Origin: Actinomycetales bacterium
Lineage (GTDB): Bacteria; Actinomycetota; Actinomycetes; Actinomycetales; CAVURS01
Assembly (NCBI GenBank): GCA_045807245.1
Contig: JBJMHS010000069.1
Coordinates: 1 to 50,020, forward strand
Direction: 5' to 3'
Length of the DNA: 50,020 nucleotides
Below are positions 7,934 through 17,687 of this stretch, one piece after another. A program made the translations under genes and the position numbers. Position 1 is the first letter of the stretch. Each line of letters opens with the position of its first letter. Below the pieces are notes generated by a model. The model saw only the letters and a program-made list of their open reading frames with translations, did no database searches and had not been told where the DNA came from.

Positions 7934-8920
7934 TCAGGCCAGCGCCGGGACCACCTCGCGCTCGAACAGCTCGATGCCGGACGTGTCGTAGGCCATGTCG
8001 CTCCAGTAGGTGATGGCGTAGGCGAGCCCGTCGGCCTCCGCCTGCTTGAGCCGCTGCACGACCTGGTCCGGCGTGCCGACCAGCGGGCCGGTGCGCAAGT
8101 TGCGCATCGTCTCCTCCACCTTCGCGTCCGGGACCCGCCCGACGTACCGGTCCCGGATCCGCGCCAGCCGGTCCTCCACGTCCTGCTCGGTCTCGCCGAT
8201 GACGACGTTGAAGTTCCCGCTCATGGTGATCTCGTCCGGGTCCCGGCCGATCTCCTCACAGTGGCCGCGCAGGATCTGGACCTTGCGCCGCCAGACGTCA
8301 GGCGTGGCGTCGAAGTTGGTGTACGCCGCGTAGCGAGCGGCGATCCGCAGCGTGCGCCGCTCGCCGCCGCCGGCGATCCAGAGCGGCACCCCGCCGTCCT
8401 GCAACGGCCGCGGGTAGCAGCGTGCGCCGTCGACCTGGTAGTGCGTGCCGTCCAGCGTGGCCGACCCCTCGGTCCACATCTGGCGCATGATCTGCACGCC
8501 CTCCTCGAGCCGGCCGAGCCGGTCGGCCGGCCCGGGGAACCCGTAACCGAAGGCCCGCCACTCGTGCTCGTACCAGCCGGCGCCGATGCCCATCTCGAGC
8601 CGGCCGCCGGAGATCACGTCGACGGTGGCGGCGACCTTGGCCAGGTAGGTGGGCTGCCGATAGGTCATACAGGTGCACATCTGACCGAGCCGCAGGCGCG
8701 AGGTCGCCGCGGCGTACGCCGCCATGAGCGCCCACGCCTCGTGCGTCGCCTCCTCGGTCGGGACCGGGACGGTGTGGAAGTGGTCGTAGACCCAGAGGGA
8801 CTCCCACGGCCCCTGCTCGGCGCGTTGCGCCAGGCGGAGCATCGTGGGCCACTGGTCCGCGGGGTCGATGCCGGCGAGGTCGAGCCGCCAGCCCTGTGGG
8901 ATGAACGTGCCGAAGCGCAT
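7934..8920 (-). CDS. LLM-class (probably F420-dependent) oxidoreductase
   Basis: MRFGTFIPQGWRLDL, LWVYDHFH, LAKVAATVDVISGGRLEMGIGAGWYEHE, PLWIAGGGE. Confidence 0.93.
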   Translation of the reverse strand: MRFGTFIPQGWRLDLAGIDPADQWPTMLRLAQRAEQGPWESLWVYDHFHTVPVPTEEATHEAWALMAAYAAATSRLRLGQMCTCMTYRQPTYLAKVAATVDVISGGRLEMGIGAGWYEHEWRAFGYGFPGPADRLGRLEEGVQIMRQMWTEGSATLDGTHYQVDGARCYPRPLQDGGVPLWIAGGGERRTLRIAARYAAYTNFDATPDVWRRKVQILRGHCEEIGRDPDEITMSGNFNVVIGETEQDVEDRLARIRDRYVGRVPDAKVEETMRNLRTGPLVGTPDQVVQRLKQAEADGLAYAITYWSDMAYDTSGIELFEREVVPALA

Positions 8921-8993
8921 GGCGCCAACGTAACCAGCCGGGTCGGGCTCGACATCCCGGGCCGGTGCGCCCGGCCGCCAGTACGATCCAGCG

Positions 8994-10316
8994 GTGGCCC
9001 TGCGCATCTCCGTCATCGGCACCGGCTACCTGGGGGCCGTGCACGCCGTGTGCATGGCCCAGCTGGGTCACACCGTCGTCGGGGTGGACGTCGACGAGGA
9101 GAAGGTCGCCGCCCTGAGCGACGGCCGGGCGCCGTTCTACGAGCCCGGGCTCGACGAGCTCCTGTCCAGCACGCTCGACACCGGACGGCTGAGCTTCACC
9201 TCGTCCTTCGCGGCCGGGGCCGATGCCGACGTGCATTTCGTCTGCGTCGGGACGCCGCAGCGGGCGGGCGAGTTCGCGGCGGACCTGACCTACGTCGAGG
9301 GGGCGGCCGACCTGCTCGCGCCGTACCTGCGCCGCCCGACGCTCGTGGTCGGCAAGTCGACGGTCCCGGTTGGCACCGCGGCGCGCATCGGGCGCCGGAT
9401 CCAGGCGGCCGCGCCGGCCGGTGCGGGGGTTGAGCTGGCCTGGAATCCCGAGTTCCTGCGCGAGGGGCACGCCATCGAGGACACGATGCACCCGGACCGG
9501 CTGGTGTACGGCGTCACCTCGCCCGCGGCGACCGAGCTGCTGGACCAGGTGTACGCCGGCCCCATCGGCTCGGGCACGCCGCGCCTGGTCACGGACCTGG
9601 CCACGGCCGAGCTGGTCAAGGCCGCCGCCAACTCGTTCCTGGCCACGAAGATCTCGTTCATCAACGCGATGTCCGAGGTCTGCGAGGCGGCGGGCGCGGA
9701 CGTCGTCGCCCTCGCCGACGCGCTCGGGTACGACGACCGGATCGGCCGCAAGTTCCTGGGTGCCGGCCTCGGGTTCGGCGGTGGATGCCTGCCCAAGGAC
9801 ATCCGGGCCTTCATGGCCCGGGCCGGGGAGCTCGGCGCCGACCAGGCGCTCACCTTCCTGCGCGAGGTCGACGCCATCAACCAGCGCCGCCGCTCGCGCA
9901 TGGTCGACCTGGCCCGCGAGCAGTGCGAGGGCTCGTTCCTCGGGCACCGGATCGGTGTGCTGGGTGCGGCCTTCAAGCCGGAGAGCGACGACATCCGCGA
10001 CTCCCCCGCGCTGAACGTGGCGGCCCAGATCCGGCTGCAGGGCGGGCACGTGACGGTCCACGACCCGCGGGCGCTCGACAACGCGCGCAAGGCCTGGCCG
10101 GACCTGACCTACTCGGAGTCGGTCGAGGAGACCTGTCAGGGCGCGACCGTCGTCCTGCACCTGACCGAGTGGCAGCAGTACGGCGAGATCGACCCGGCCG
10201 AGCTGGGCCGGATCGTCAAGCACAAGCGGCTGGTCGACGGGCGCAACACCCTCGACGCCGCGGCCTGGCGGGCGGCCGGCTGGACCTACCGGGCCCTCGG
10301 CCGCCACACCGCCTGA
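8994..10316 (+). CDS. ugd: UDP-glucose 6-dehydrogenase
   Basis: GTGYLG Rossmann motif, WNPEFLREG, catalytic GFGGGCLPKD, AFKPESDDIRDSP. Confidence 0.96.
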   Translation: MALRISVIGTGYLGAVHAVCMAQLGHTVVGVDVDEEKVAALSDGRAPFYEPGLDELLSSTLDTGRLSFTSSFAAGADADVHFVCVGTPQRAGEFAADLTYVEGAADLLAPYLRRPTLVVGKSTVPVGTAARIGRRIQAAAPAGAGVELAWNPEFLREGHAIEDTMHPDRLVYGVTSPAATELLDQVYAGPIGSGTPRLVTDLATAELVKAAANSFLATKISFINAMSEVCEAAGADVVALADALGYDDRIGRKFLGAGLGFGGGCLPKDIRAFMARAGELGADQALTFLREVDAINQRRRSRMVDLAREQCEGSFLGHRIGVLGAAFKPESDDIRDSPALNVAAQIRLQGGHVTVHDPRALDNARKAWPDLTYSESVEETCQGATVVLHLTEWQQYGEIDPAELGRIVKHKRLVDGRNTLDAAAWRAAGWTYRALGRHTA

Positions 10317-10319
10317 GCG

Positions 10320-11309
10320 CTACACCGGGAGGGCCGCGCGCGCCTTGAGCGGCTCCCACCAGGCGCGGTTGCCGCGGTACCAGGCGACGGTGTCGGCCAG
10401 GCCCTGCGCGAACGGCACCTGCGGGGCGTAGCCGAGTTCGGCCCGGATCTTGCCGATGTCCACGGAGTACCGCAGGTCGTGCCCCTTCCGGTCCTCGACC
10501 TGGCGCACGCTGGACCAGTCCGCACCGACGGCCTCGAGCAACCGGCCGGTGAGCTCCTTGTTGCTCAGCTCGGTGCCGCCGCCGATGTTGTAGATCTCAC
10601 CGGCGCGCCCACCGGCCCGGACCAGCTCGACGCCCCGGCAGTGGTCGTCGACGTGGAGCCAGTCGCGCACGTTGCGCCCGTCGCCGTACAACGGGACGGT
10701 GCCGCCCTCGAGCAGGTTGGTGACGAAGAGCGGGATGACCTTCTCCGGGAACTGGTACGGCCCGTAGTTGTTCGAGCAGCGCGTCACGCTCACCGGTACG
10801 CCGTGGGTGCGCGCGTAGGCGAGGGCGATGAGGTCGCTGCCCGCCTTGCTGGCCGCGTACGGCGAGTTCGGTTGCAGCGGAAAGGTTTCCGGCCAGGAGC
10901 CGGTCTCGATCGAGCCGTAGACCTCGTCGGTCGACACGTGGACGAAGCGCTCGACGCCGTGCCGGTGCGCGGCGTCCAGCAGCGTCTGCGTGCCGACGAC
11001 GTTGGTCCGCACGAAGTCGGCCGCGCCGACGATGGACCGGTCGACGTGGCTCTCCGCGGCGAAGTGCACGACCTGGTCGGCTTCGGCGACCAGGTCGTCC
11101 ACGAGCTCGGCGGTGCAGATGTCGCCGTGCACGAAGCGCAGCCGGGGCGAGTCCGCGACGGGCGCCAGGTTGGTCCGGCTGCCCGCGTAGGTCAGCGCGT
11201 CCAGCACGATGACGTCGGCGTCGGCCAGCCCGTCGTACTCACCGGCGAGCGTCTTGCGGACGTAGTTCGAGCCGATGAACCCGGCGCCGCCGGTCACGAG
11301 CAGCTTCAC
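10320..11309 (-). CDS. rfbB: dTDP-glucose 4,6-dehydratase (RmlB)
   Basis: VTGGAGFIGSN, HFAAESHVDRS, STDEVYG, SPYAASKA, CSNNYGPYQFPEK. Confidence 0.98.
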   Translation of the reverse strand: MKLLVTGGAGFIGSNYVRKTLAGEYDGLADADVIVLDALTYAGSRTNLAPVADSPRLRFVHGDICTAELVDDLVAEADQVVHFAAESHVDRSIVGAADFVRTNVVGTQTLLDAAHRHGVERFVHVSTDEVYGSIETGSWPETFPLQPNSPYAASKAGSDLIALAYARTHGVPVSVTRCSNNYGPYQFPEKVIPLFVTNLLEGGTVPLYGDGRNVRDWLHVDDHCRGVELVRAGGRAGEIYNIGGGTELSNKELTGRLLEAVGADWSSVRQVEDRKGHDLRYSVDIGKIRAELGYAPQVPFAQGLADTVAWYRGNRAWWEPLKARAALPV

Positions 11310-11333
11310 CGCGCCAGGCTAACGTGAGGCCCC
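11310..11333. promoter_or_regulatory. Putative bidirectional promoter between rmlB and rmlA
   Basis: Minus TAGCCT (11321-11316) 6 nt before the rmlB GTG; plus TAACGT (11320-11325) 8 nt before the rmlA ATG. Confidence 0.55.
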
Positions 11334-12206
11334 ATGCGCGGGATCATCCTTGCCGGCGGCACCGGGACCCGGCTGCACCCGATCACGATCGGAGTGAGCA
11401 AGCAGCTGGTGCCGGTGTACGACAAGCCGATGGTCTACTACCCGCTCTCCACCTTGATCATGGCCGGGATCCGCGACGTGCTGGTCATCACGACGCCGCA
11501 GGACGGGCGCCAGTTCGAGCGGCTGCTGGGTGATGGCTCGGAGTTCGGTGTCTCCATCTCCTATGCGCAGCAACCTTCTCCCGACGGGCTGGCCCAGGCG
11601 TTCGTCATCGGCGCCGACTTCGTCGGGGACGACAAGGTCGCGCTCGTCCTCGGCGACAACGTCTTCTACGGCCCAGGCCTGGGCACGAGGCTGGCCCGGC
11701 ACCGCGACGTCCAGGGCGGCCTGGTCTTCGCTTATCACGTGGCCAACCCTTCGGCGTACGGCGTCGTGGAGTTCGACGAGCACGGCACCGCAGTCTCGTT
11801 GGAGGAGAAGCCGATCCGGCCCCGCAGCAGCTACGCGGTGCCTGGCCTGTACTTCTACGACAACGACGTCGTAGCGATCGCCCGCGACCTCAAGCCGTCG
11901 GCGAGGGGCGAGCTGGAGATCACCGACGTCAACCTCGCGTACCTCGACCAGGGCCGGCTCGCCGTCGAGGTGCTGCCGCGCGGGACGGCCTGGCTCGACA
12001 CCGGCACCTTCGACACGCTGATCGCGGCGGGTGAGTTCGTCCGGGTGGTCGAGTCTCGGCAGGGCCTCAAGATCGGGTGCCCGGAAGAGGTCGCCTGGCG
12101 CGCCGGCTTCCTCACCGACGACGAGCTGCGCGCCCGTGCGGAGGCACTGACCAAGTCCGGGTACGGCGAGTACCTGCTGACCCTGTTGGACGGACCGCCG
12201 GGCTAG
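11334..12206 (+). CDS. rfbA: Glucose-1-phosphate thymidylyltransferase (RmlA)
   Basis: [48 protein letters not shown]. Confidence 0.98.
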   Translation: MRGIILAGGTGTRLHPITIGVSKQLVPVYDKPMVYYPLSTLIMAGIRDVLVITTPQDGRQFERLLGDGSEFGVSISYAQQPSPDGLAQAFVIGADFVGDDKVALVLGDNVFYGPGLGTRLARHRDVQGGLVFAYHVANPSAYGVVEFDEHGTAVSLEEKPIRPRSSYAVPGLYFYDNDVVAIARDLKPSARGELEITDVNLAYLDQGRLAVEVLPRGTAWLDTGTFDTLIAAGEFVRVVESRQGLKIGCPEEVAWRAGFLTDDELRARAEALTKSGYGEYLLTLLDGPPG

Positions 12207-12210
12207 CCGG

Positions 12211-13062
12211 CTACAGGTCAGCCAGCACCGACGGCGCGGCCACTCGCCAGCGCTCGTCCCACGGCCCGATCGGCGCGACACCGACCTGCTCCAAGGTGTG
12301 ATGGCGGAGCACCGAGTACGCCGGTCGCGGAGCCGGCCGCGCGGAGGCCGACGACGTCGTCTCGTGCACCCGCGCCGGGTCGGCGCCGACCGCCTCGGCG
12401 ACGGCCAGCGCGAACCCGTGCCAGGACGTCTGGCCGCCCGCCGTGGCGTGGTAGACGCCGGCCGGTGCCCGGGCTGCGAGCAGCTCGCGGACCAGCTCGG
12501 CGACGTCACGGGTCCAGGTCGGCTGGCCGAGCTGGTCCGTCACGACGTCGATCGTCGGCTTGCGCGACATCGCGGCGGCGATGGTCCGCGGGAAGCACGA
12601 GCCGTGTGCGCCGTACAGCCAGGCCGTGCGCACGACGACGGTGTCCCGGCACAGCGCCTGCGCCGCCCACTCGCCCGCGGCCTTGGTCCGCCCGTACGCC
12701 GATGCCGGCGCCAGCGCAGCGCTCTCGGCGTACGGCGTCGTGCCTTCGCCGCCGAACACGTAGTCGGTCGAGATGTGCACCAGACGCGCGCCCGCGTAGT
12801 CGCAGGCCCGCGCGATGTTCGCCGCGCCGACCGCGTTGACCGCGAAGGCCTCCGACTCGTGCGCCTCGGCCTCGTCGACGGCCGTCCAGGCGGCTGCGTT
12901 GACGACGACGTCGTGCCGCTCGACCGCCTTGATGCACGCCTCGGCGTCGGTCACGTCGAGGTCGGTCCGCGTGGCCGTCGAGACCGCGGCGCCGGCCACG
13001 CCGAGGTCCTGCGAGAGGTCGGTCCCGAGGAGGCCGGCCGCGCCGGTGACAAGGATGCGCAC
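12211..13062 (-). CDS. rfbD: dTDP-4-dehydrorhamnose reductase (RmlD)
   Basis: VTGAAGLLG, NAAAWTAVD, HISTDYVF, YGRTKAAGE, DQLGQPT, APRPAYSVL. Confidence 0.97.
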   Translation of the reverse strand: MRILVTGAAGLLGTDLSQDLGVAGAAVSTATRTDLDVTDAEACIKAVERHDVVVNAAAWTAVDEAEAHESEAFAVNAVGAANIARACDYAGARLVHISTDYVFGGEGTTPYAESAALAPASAYGRTKAAGEWAAQALCRDTVVVRTAWLYGAHGSCFPRTIAAAMSRKPTIDVVTDQLGQPTWTRDVAELVRELLAARAPAGVYHATAGGQTSWHGFALAVAEAVGADPARVHETTSSASARPAPRPAYSVLRHHTLEQVGVAPIGPWDERWRVAAPSVLADL

Positions 13063-13080
13063 TCGACTAGCCTGCCACTC
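13063..13080. promoter_or_regulatory. Putative 18-bp bidirectional leaderless promoter between rmlD and rmlC
   Basis: Plus TAGCCT (13068-13073) 7 nt before the rmlC GTG; minus CAGGCT (13074-13069) 6 nt before the rmlD GTG. Confidence 0.55.
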
Positions 13081-13704
13081 GTGGACATCAGGCCCCTACG
13101 GATGGAGGGAGCCTGGGAGCTGACGCCCGACCAGTTCCGCGACGACCGAGGCGTCTTCCTCGAGTGGTACGCCGCGTCGGCGTTCGCGGCCCAGGTGGGC
13201 CACCCGCTCGACCTCCGCCAGGCGAACGTGTCGGTGTCAGCCGCCGGGGTGCTGCGCGGCGTGCACTTCGCCCAGGTGCCGCCGAGCCAGGCCAAGTACG
13301 TCGGCTGCCTGTCGGGTGCCGTCCTGGACGTGGTGGTGGACGTCCGGGTCGGTTCCCCGACGTACGGGCAATGGGACTCGGTGCTGCTCGACGACGTGGA
13401 CCGGCGGGCCGTCTACGTCTCCGAGGGTCTAGGGCACGCGTTCCTGTCGCTGGCGGACGGCTCGACGGTGATCTACCTGTGCTCCGCGCCGTACGCCCCG
13501 GATCGCGAGTTCGGCGTCGACCCACTCGACCCGAAGCTGGCGATCGACTGGCCGCTGACCGACCGGGACGGCAACGCCCTCGTCTACCGGCTCTCACCCA
13601 AGGACGACGCCGCGCCGAGCCTGGCCGAGGCCGAGGCCAGCGGGTTGCTCCCGACGTACGACGAGTCGCTGACCTTCCGGCGTGGGCTGGCGGCGCGGCC
13701 GTGA
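13081..13704 (+). CDS. rfbC: dTDP-4-dehydrorhamnose 3,5-epimerase (RmlC)
   Basis: DDRGVFLE, GVLRGVHF, QAKYV, VDVRVGSPTYGQW, GLGHAF, LSPKD; start GTG 13081. Confidence 0.95.
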   Translation: MDIRPLRMEGAWELTPDQFRDDRGVFLEWYAASAFAAQVGHPLDLRQANVSVSAAGVLRGVHFAQVPPSQAKYVGCLSGAVLDVVVDVRVGSPTYGQWDSVLLDDVDRRAVYVSEGLGHAFLSLADGSTVIYLCSAPYAPDREFGVDPLDPKLAIDWPLTDRDGNALVYRLSPKDDAAPSLAEAEASGLLPTYDESLTFRRGLAARP

Positions 13705-14135
13705 TCGGCGAGCCGGCCGTCGTTGAGCGGCTGCTGAGCACGCCGGGCGTGTGGGCGGTGGCCGGCCTGTCCCGGGACCGGTCCCGGGACGCCTACTCGA
13801 TCGCTGCGCTGCTGCAGCGTCTGGGAATGCAGGTCGTGCCGATCCATCCCCGGGCCGAGGAGGTCCACGGCGCGCGGGGGTACGCGCGGCTGGCCGACCT
13901 GCCCGACGGGGCGCGGGTCGACGTCGTGGACTGCTTCGTGAACTCCTCGCGCGTCGGCGGCGTGGTGGACGACGCCATCGCGGAGCGCGAACGCCTCGGG
14001 ATCGGCGCGATCTGGATGCAGCTCGGCGTCGTCGACGAAGACGCCGCCGACCGGGCTCGCGCCGCCGGCCTCGACGTGGTGATGGACGCCTGCCCGGCCA
14101 TCGAGGCGCCCCGCCTCGGCATCCGCACCGGCTGA
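13701..14135 (+). CDS. CoA-binding protein (YccU-like)
   Basis: WAVAGLS, VVPIHP, VDVVDCFV, IWMQLGV, GLDVVMDACPAIE; GTGA overlap with rmlC. Confidence 0.9.
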   Translation: MIGEPAVVERLLSTPGVWAVAGLSRDRSRDAYSIAALLQRLGMQVVPIHPRAEEVHGARGYARLADLPDGARVDVVDCFVNSSRVGGVVDDAIAERERLGIGAIWMQLGVVDEDAADRARAAGLDVVMDACPAIEAPRLGIRTG

Positions 14136-14181
14136 GCCGCGGCACCGCCCAGCCGCTGAGCAGCCCTCACCAGGAGGGTGG

Positions 14182-14718
14182 TCAGCCGCCGAAGCCGACT
14201 CGGCCGGACCGTTGCGCGCGCAAACGGGCACCCTTCTCCTGGGCCGTGCCCCGCAGGTCGGCCTGGAAGTCGGTCATCCGCTGACGAAGAGCCGAGGCGG
14301 CCGGTCCCGACCCCGCAGCCAAAATCCGGACGGCGAGCAGCCCGGCGTTACGGGCGCCGCCGACGGACACCGTGGCGACGGGCACGCCGGCCGGCATCTG
14401 CACGATCGACAGCAGCGAGTCCATGCCGTCCAGGTGGGCCAACGGCACCGGCACTCCGATGACCGGCAGCGGGGTGACCGAGGCGAGCATCCCCGGCAGG
14501 TGCGCCGCGCCCCCGGCGCCTGCCACGAGCACCCGCAGACCGCGGTCCGCAGCGCCGGCGCCGTACTCGAGCATGTCGCGGGGCATGCGGTGCGCCGACA
14601 CGACGTCCACCTCGCACGCGACGTCGAACTCCTCGAGTGCGGTGACCGCGTCCTGCATCACCAGCCAGTCCGAGTCGCTGCCCATCACCACGCCGACGAG
14701 CGGCTCAGGGTCACTCAT
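14182..14718 (-). CDS. purE: N5-CAIR mutase
   Basis: [41 protein letters not shown]. Confidence 0.98.
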   Translation of the reverse strand: MSDPEPLVGVVMGSDSDWLVMQDAVTALEEFDVACEVDVVSAHRMPRDMLEYGAGAADRGLRVLVAGAGGAAHLPGMLASVTPLPVIGVPVPLAHLDGMDSLLSIVQMPAGVPVATVSVGGARNAGLLAVRILAAGSGPAASALRQRMTDFQADLRGTAQEKGARLRAQRSGRVGFGG

Positions 14719-14724
14719 GTCGCC

Positions 14725-15885
14725 TCACTCCAGGATCGTTCCGCTGATATAGCCGGCCGCGTGCCGGGCCCGGGCCCGGACGTCGTCGAGGTCCTCGCCG
14801 CTCACGGTGACGTGCCCGACCTTGCGCCCGGGCCGGACCTGCTTGCCGTAGACGTGGACCTTGGCCTCCGGGTCGCGGGCCATCACGTGCAGGTACGCCG
14901 GGAAGAGGTCCGGATGCGAGCCGCCGAGCACGTTGGCCATGACCGACCAGCGCGCCAACGGTGCCGTCGAGCCCAGCGGCAGGTCCAGGACGGCGCGCAG
15001 GTGCTGCTCGAACTGGCTGGTCACCGACCCCTCGATGGTCCAGTGGCCCGAGTTGTGCGGCCGCATGGCCAGCTCGTTGACCAGGTAGTCGGCCCGGCCG
15101 TCGGCGCCACGGACCTCGAACATCTCCACGGCCAGAACACCGGTGACGTCGAGGTCCCCGGCGATCTTGAGCGCTGTCGCGCTGGCCCGGGCGGCCAGAT
15201 CAGGACCGAGGCCGGGCGCAGGAGCGAGGACCTCGGTGCAGATCCCGTCCGTCTGGACCGTTTCGACGACCGGCCAGACCGCTGCCTGCCCCATCGGGCT
15301 GCGGGCCACGAGCACCGCCAGCTCACGGACGAACGGCACCCGCTCCTCGGCCAGCAACACGGCCCCGGACGAGGCCGCGCGGTCGAGCCAGCCGGACGCC
15401 TCCGACACCGACGACACGACCAGGACGCCCCTGCCGTCGTACCCCCCGGTCGGCGTCTTGAGCACCACCGGCCAGCCCGCCTCCTCGGCGAACGCCGCGA
15501 GCCCGGCCGCGTCCGACACGAGCGCCCAACGCGGGCACGGGACCCCCGCCTCGGCCAGCCGGCACCGCATCGCCGCCTTGTCCTGCGCGAAGCGCAGCGC
15601 CTCCGGCCCGGGCCTCAGGACGACCCCCGAGGCGGCCAGGGATGCCAGCACCGGCTGGGGCACGTGCTCATGGTCGAAGGTCACCACGTCACACCCGGCC
15701 GCGAACGCCTCCAGCGCCGCCAGGTCCGACGCCGCCCCCACGGGAGCGTCCGGCACGACCTGCGCGGCGCTCGCGTCCGGCGCCTCGGCCAGCACCCGCA
15801 GGCGGACGCCGAGCGCGACGGCCGGGGCCGCCAGCATGCGAGCGAGCTGGCCGCCGCCGACCACGCCGACCCTCGGGAAGGTCAC
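14725..15885 (-). CDS. purK: N5-CAIR synthase
   Basis: VGVVGGGQLARML, TFDHEHVP, GGYDGRG, NELAMRPHNSGHWT, RPGRKVGH; start GTG 15885. Confidence 0.97.
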   Translation of the reverse strand: MTFPRVGVVGGGQLARMLAAPAVALGVRLRVLAEAPDASAAQVVPDAPVGAASDLAALEAFAAGCDVVTFDHEHVPQPVLASLAASGVVLRPGPEALRFAQDKAAMRCRLAEAGVPCPRWALVSDAAGLAAFAEEAGWPVVLKTPTGGYDGRGVLVVSSVSEASGWLDRAASSGAVLLAEERVPFVRELAVLVARSPMGQAAVWPVVETVQTDGICTEVLAPAPGLGPDLAARASATALKIAGDLDVTGVLAVEMFEVRGADGRADYLVNELAMRPHNSGHWTIEGSVTSQFEQHLRAVLDLPLGSTAPLARWSVMANVLGGSHPDLFPAYLHVMARDPEAKVHVYGKQVRPGRKVGHVTVSGEDLDDVRARARHAAGYISGTILE

Positions 15886-15919
15886 GACGGATGAGCCTAT
15901 CCGCGCCGAGTTAGGCTCG

Positions 15920-16447
15920 ATGTTCGTGACTGCACCTCGGGGGTCGATCGCTCGCCTGCGCAACGCGATCGATGTGCTCTACCGCGAGATGCTGAAGTTC
16001 GGCGTGGTCGGTGCGGTCGCCTTCGTCATCGACGCCGGCGGCTTCAACCTCCTGGTGTACGGCGGCGGGCACGGCCCCCTGCACCACCGCCCGCTCACCG
16101 CCAAGATCATCTCGGCCGGGGCGTCGATCATCGTCGCCTGGCTGGGCAACCGGTACTGGACCTTCCGCCATCGGCGCCGGCCGCAGGCCCACCACGAGCT
16201 GGCGCTCTTCGTCGTCGTCAACGGCGTGGGCGTGCTGATCGCGGTCGCGTGCCTGGGCTTCTCCCGCTACGTCCTCGGTCTCGAGTCCCCCGTCGCGGAC
16301 AACCTGGCCGGCACGATCATCGGTACGGCGTTGGGCACGCTGTTCCGGTTCTGGGCCTATCGCACACTCGTCTTCTCCGGCGAGATCGGCGAGCGCGAGC
16401 CCAGCCCGGCCGTACCACCGCTCACTCAGCCGGACGCGCCGCGCTGA
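15920..16447 (+). CDS. GtrA-family small membrane flippase
   Basis: LKFGVVGAVAFVID, AWLGNRYWTF, FRFWAYRTLVF; divergent from purK as in other actinobacteria; start 15920 or 15926. Confidence 0.9.
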   Translation: MFVTAPRGSIARLRNAIDVLYREMLKFGVVGAVAFVIDAGGFNLLVYGGGHGPLHHRPLTAKIISAGASIIVAWLGNRYWTFRHRRRPQAHHELALFVVVNGVGVLIAVACLGFSRYVLGLESPVADNLAGTIIGTALGTLFRFWAYRTLVFSGEIGEREPSPAVPPLTQPDAPR

Positions 16448-17675
16448 GGAACACGGCGAACACGGGCGGGGTGTTGTGCAGCAGCTCCAGCCGCCCGCCG
16501 TCCGCCGTCGCCAGGTCGCGCGCGAGCGCCAGCCCCAGCCCGGTGCCCCCGGCGCTGCTGACGCTGCGCGCGAAGATCCGCTGACCGAGCTCGGGCGGCA
16601 CGCCCGGCCCCTCGTCGCTGACCTCGATGACGACCGATCCCCCGGCGCTGCGGGTCGCGATGCACACCGTCCCCGCGCCGTGCACCAAGCTGTTGTCGAG
16701 CAGCGTGGCGAGCACCTGGGCGAGCGCGCCCTCCGTCGCCAGCACCTGCAGGCCGCGCTCACCCTCGAGCACCAGCGCGCGTCCGGTCGACTCGAACGTC
16801 ACCGTCCACTCCTGTCGTTGCTGGTGCACCACGGAGTCGAGCGCGATCGGCTGCCGGGAGTCCTCGTGCGCCCTCCGGGACCGGGCCAGCAGGTCCTGGA
16901 CCACCTCGGTGAGCCGTTCGACCTGGACCAGCGCGATCCGCGCCTCCTCCTGAGCCGTCGCGACGTTCTCGGCCGCCGAGATCTCTTCGAGGCGCATGGA
17001 GAGCGCGGTCAGCGGGGTGCGCAGCTGGTGGGACGCGTCGGACGTGAACTCCCGTTCGGCCGCCAAGGTGGCCGCCAGCCGCCGCGCACTGCGCTCGAGC
17101 ACCTCCTCGACCTGGTCCACCTCGGCCACCCCGCTCTTGATCGGGACCAGCCGGGACTCTCCGGAGCCGAGGCGCTCGGCGTTGCCGGCCAGCTGGACCA
17201 GGGGGCGGGACAGGCGGCGAGCCTGCACGAGGCCGAGCGCGACCGCCGCGCCCGCGGCCACCACTGAGATGCCGAACACGACACCGCCCGCCCGCAGCAT
17301 GTCGAGGTACACGTCGTCTCGCGCGACGTACACCCGCACGATCACCCCCGCGGCGGTCGCCGCCTCACCGACGTACGACGGTCCCCGCGGGATCGAACCG
17401 ACCCGGAAGTTGCCCGCCGGCGTGCGCACGGTCGCGCCCAGCCGGTGCCCGCGCAGGGAACCGCCGAGCGCCGCGGTCAGGCTGGCCTGGTCGATCTCCT
17501 CGTGCTGGGCGATCTGGTGGTCGACGCTGAGGGCCATCGACCGGGCGCGCGTCTGCACGTCGTGCCGGCTCTGGTCCGCGAGCAGCAGGTCACCGGCGAT
17601 GGCGAGCGGTACGCCGAGCAGGAACACCGCCAGCAGCACAGCCGTCAGCGTGGACAGGACGAGCCGGCGTCGCAC
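16422..17675 (-). CDS. Sensor histidine kinase (DraK-like by synteny)
   Basis: Two TMs, H-box DASHQLRTPL, N-box LLDNSLVHG, DEGPG, GTGLGLAL. Confidence 0.93.
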   Translation of the reverse strand: MRRRLVLSTLTAVLLAVFLLGVPLAIAGDLLLADQSRHDVQTRARSMALSVDHQIAQHEEIDQASLTAALGGSLRGHRLGATVRTPAGNFRVGSIPRGPSYVGEAATAAGVIVRVYVARDDVYLDMLRAGGVVFGISVVAAGAAVALGLVQARRLSRPLVQLAGNAERLGSGESRLVPIKSGVAEVDQVEEVLERSARRLAATLAAEREFTSDASHQLRTPLTALSMRLEEISAAENVATAQEEARIALVQVERLTEVVQDLLARSRRAHEDSRQPIALDSVVHQQRQEWTVTFESTGRALVLEGERGLQVLATEGALAQVLATLLDNSLVHGAGTVCIATRSAGGSVVIEVSDEGPGVPPELGQRIFARSVSSAGGTGLGLALARDLATADGGRLELLHNTPPVFAVFLSAARPAE

Positions 17676-17687
17676 AGCGGCTGAGGC

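Noticed and set aside
7160..9433. 757-aa plus-strand ORF
   Set aside because: Shadow of the methyltransferase and LLM genes plus an off-frame part of ugd; a typical high-GC artefact.
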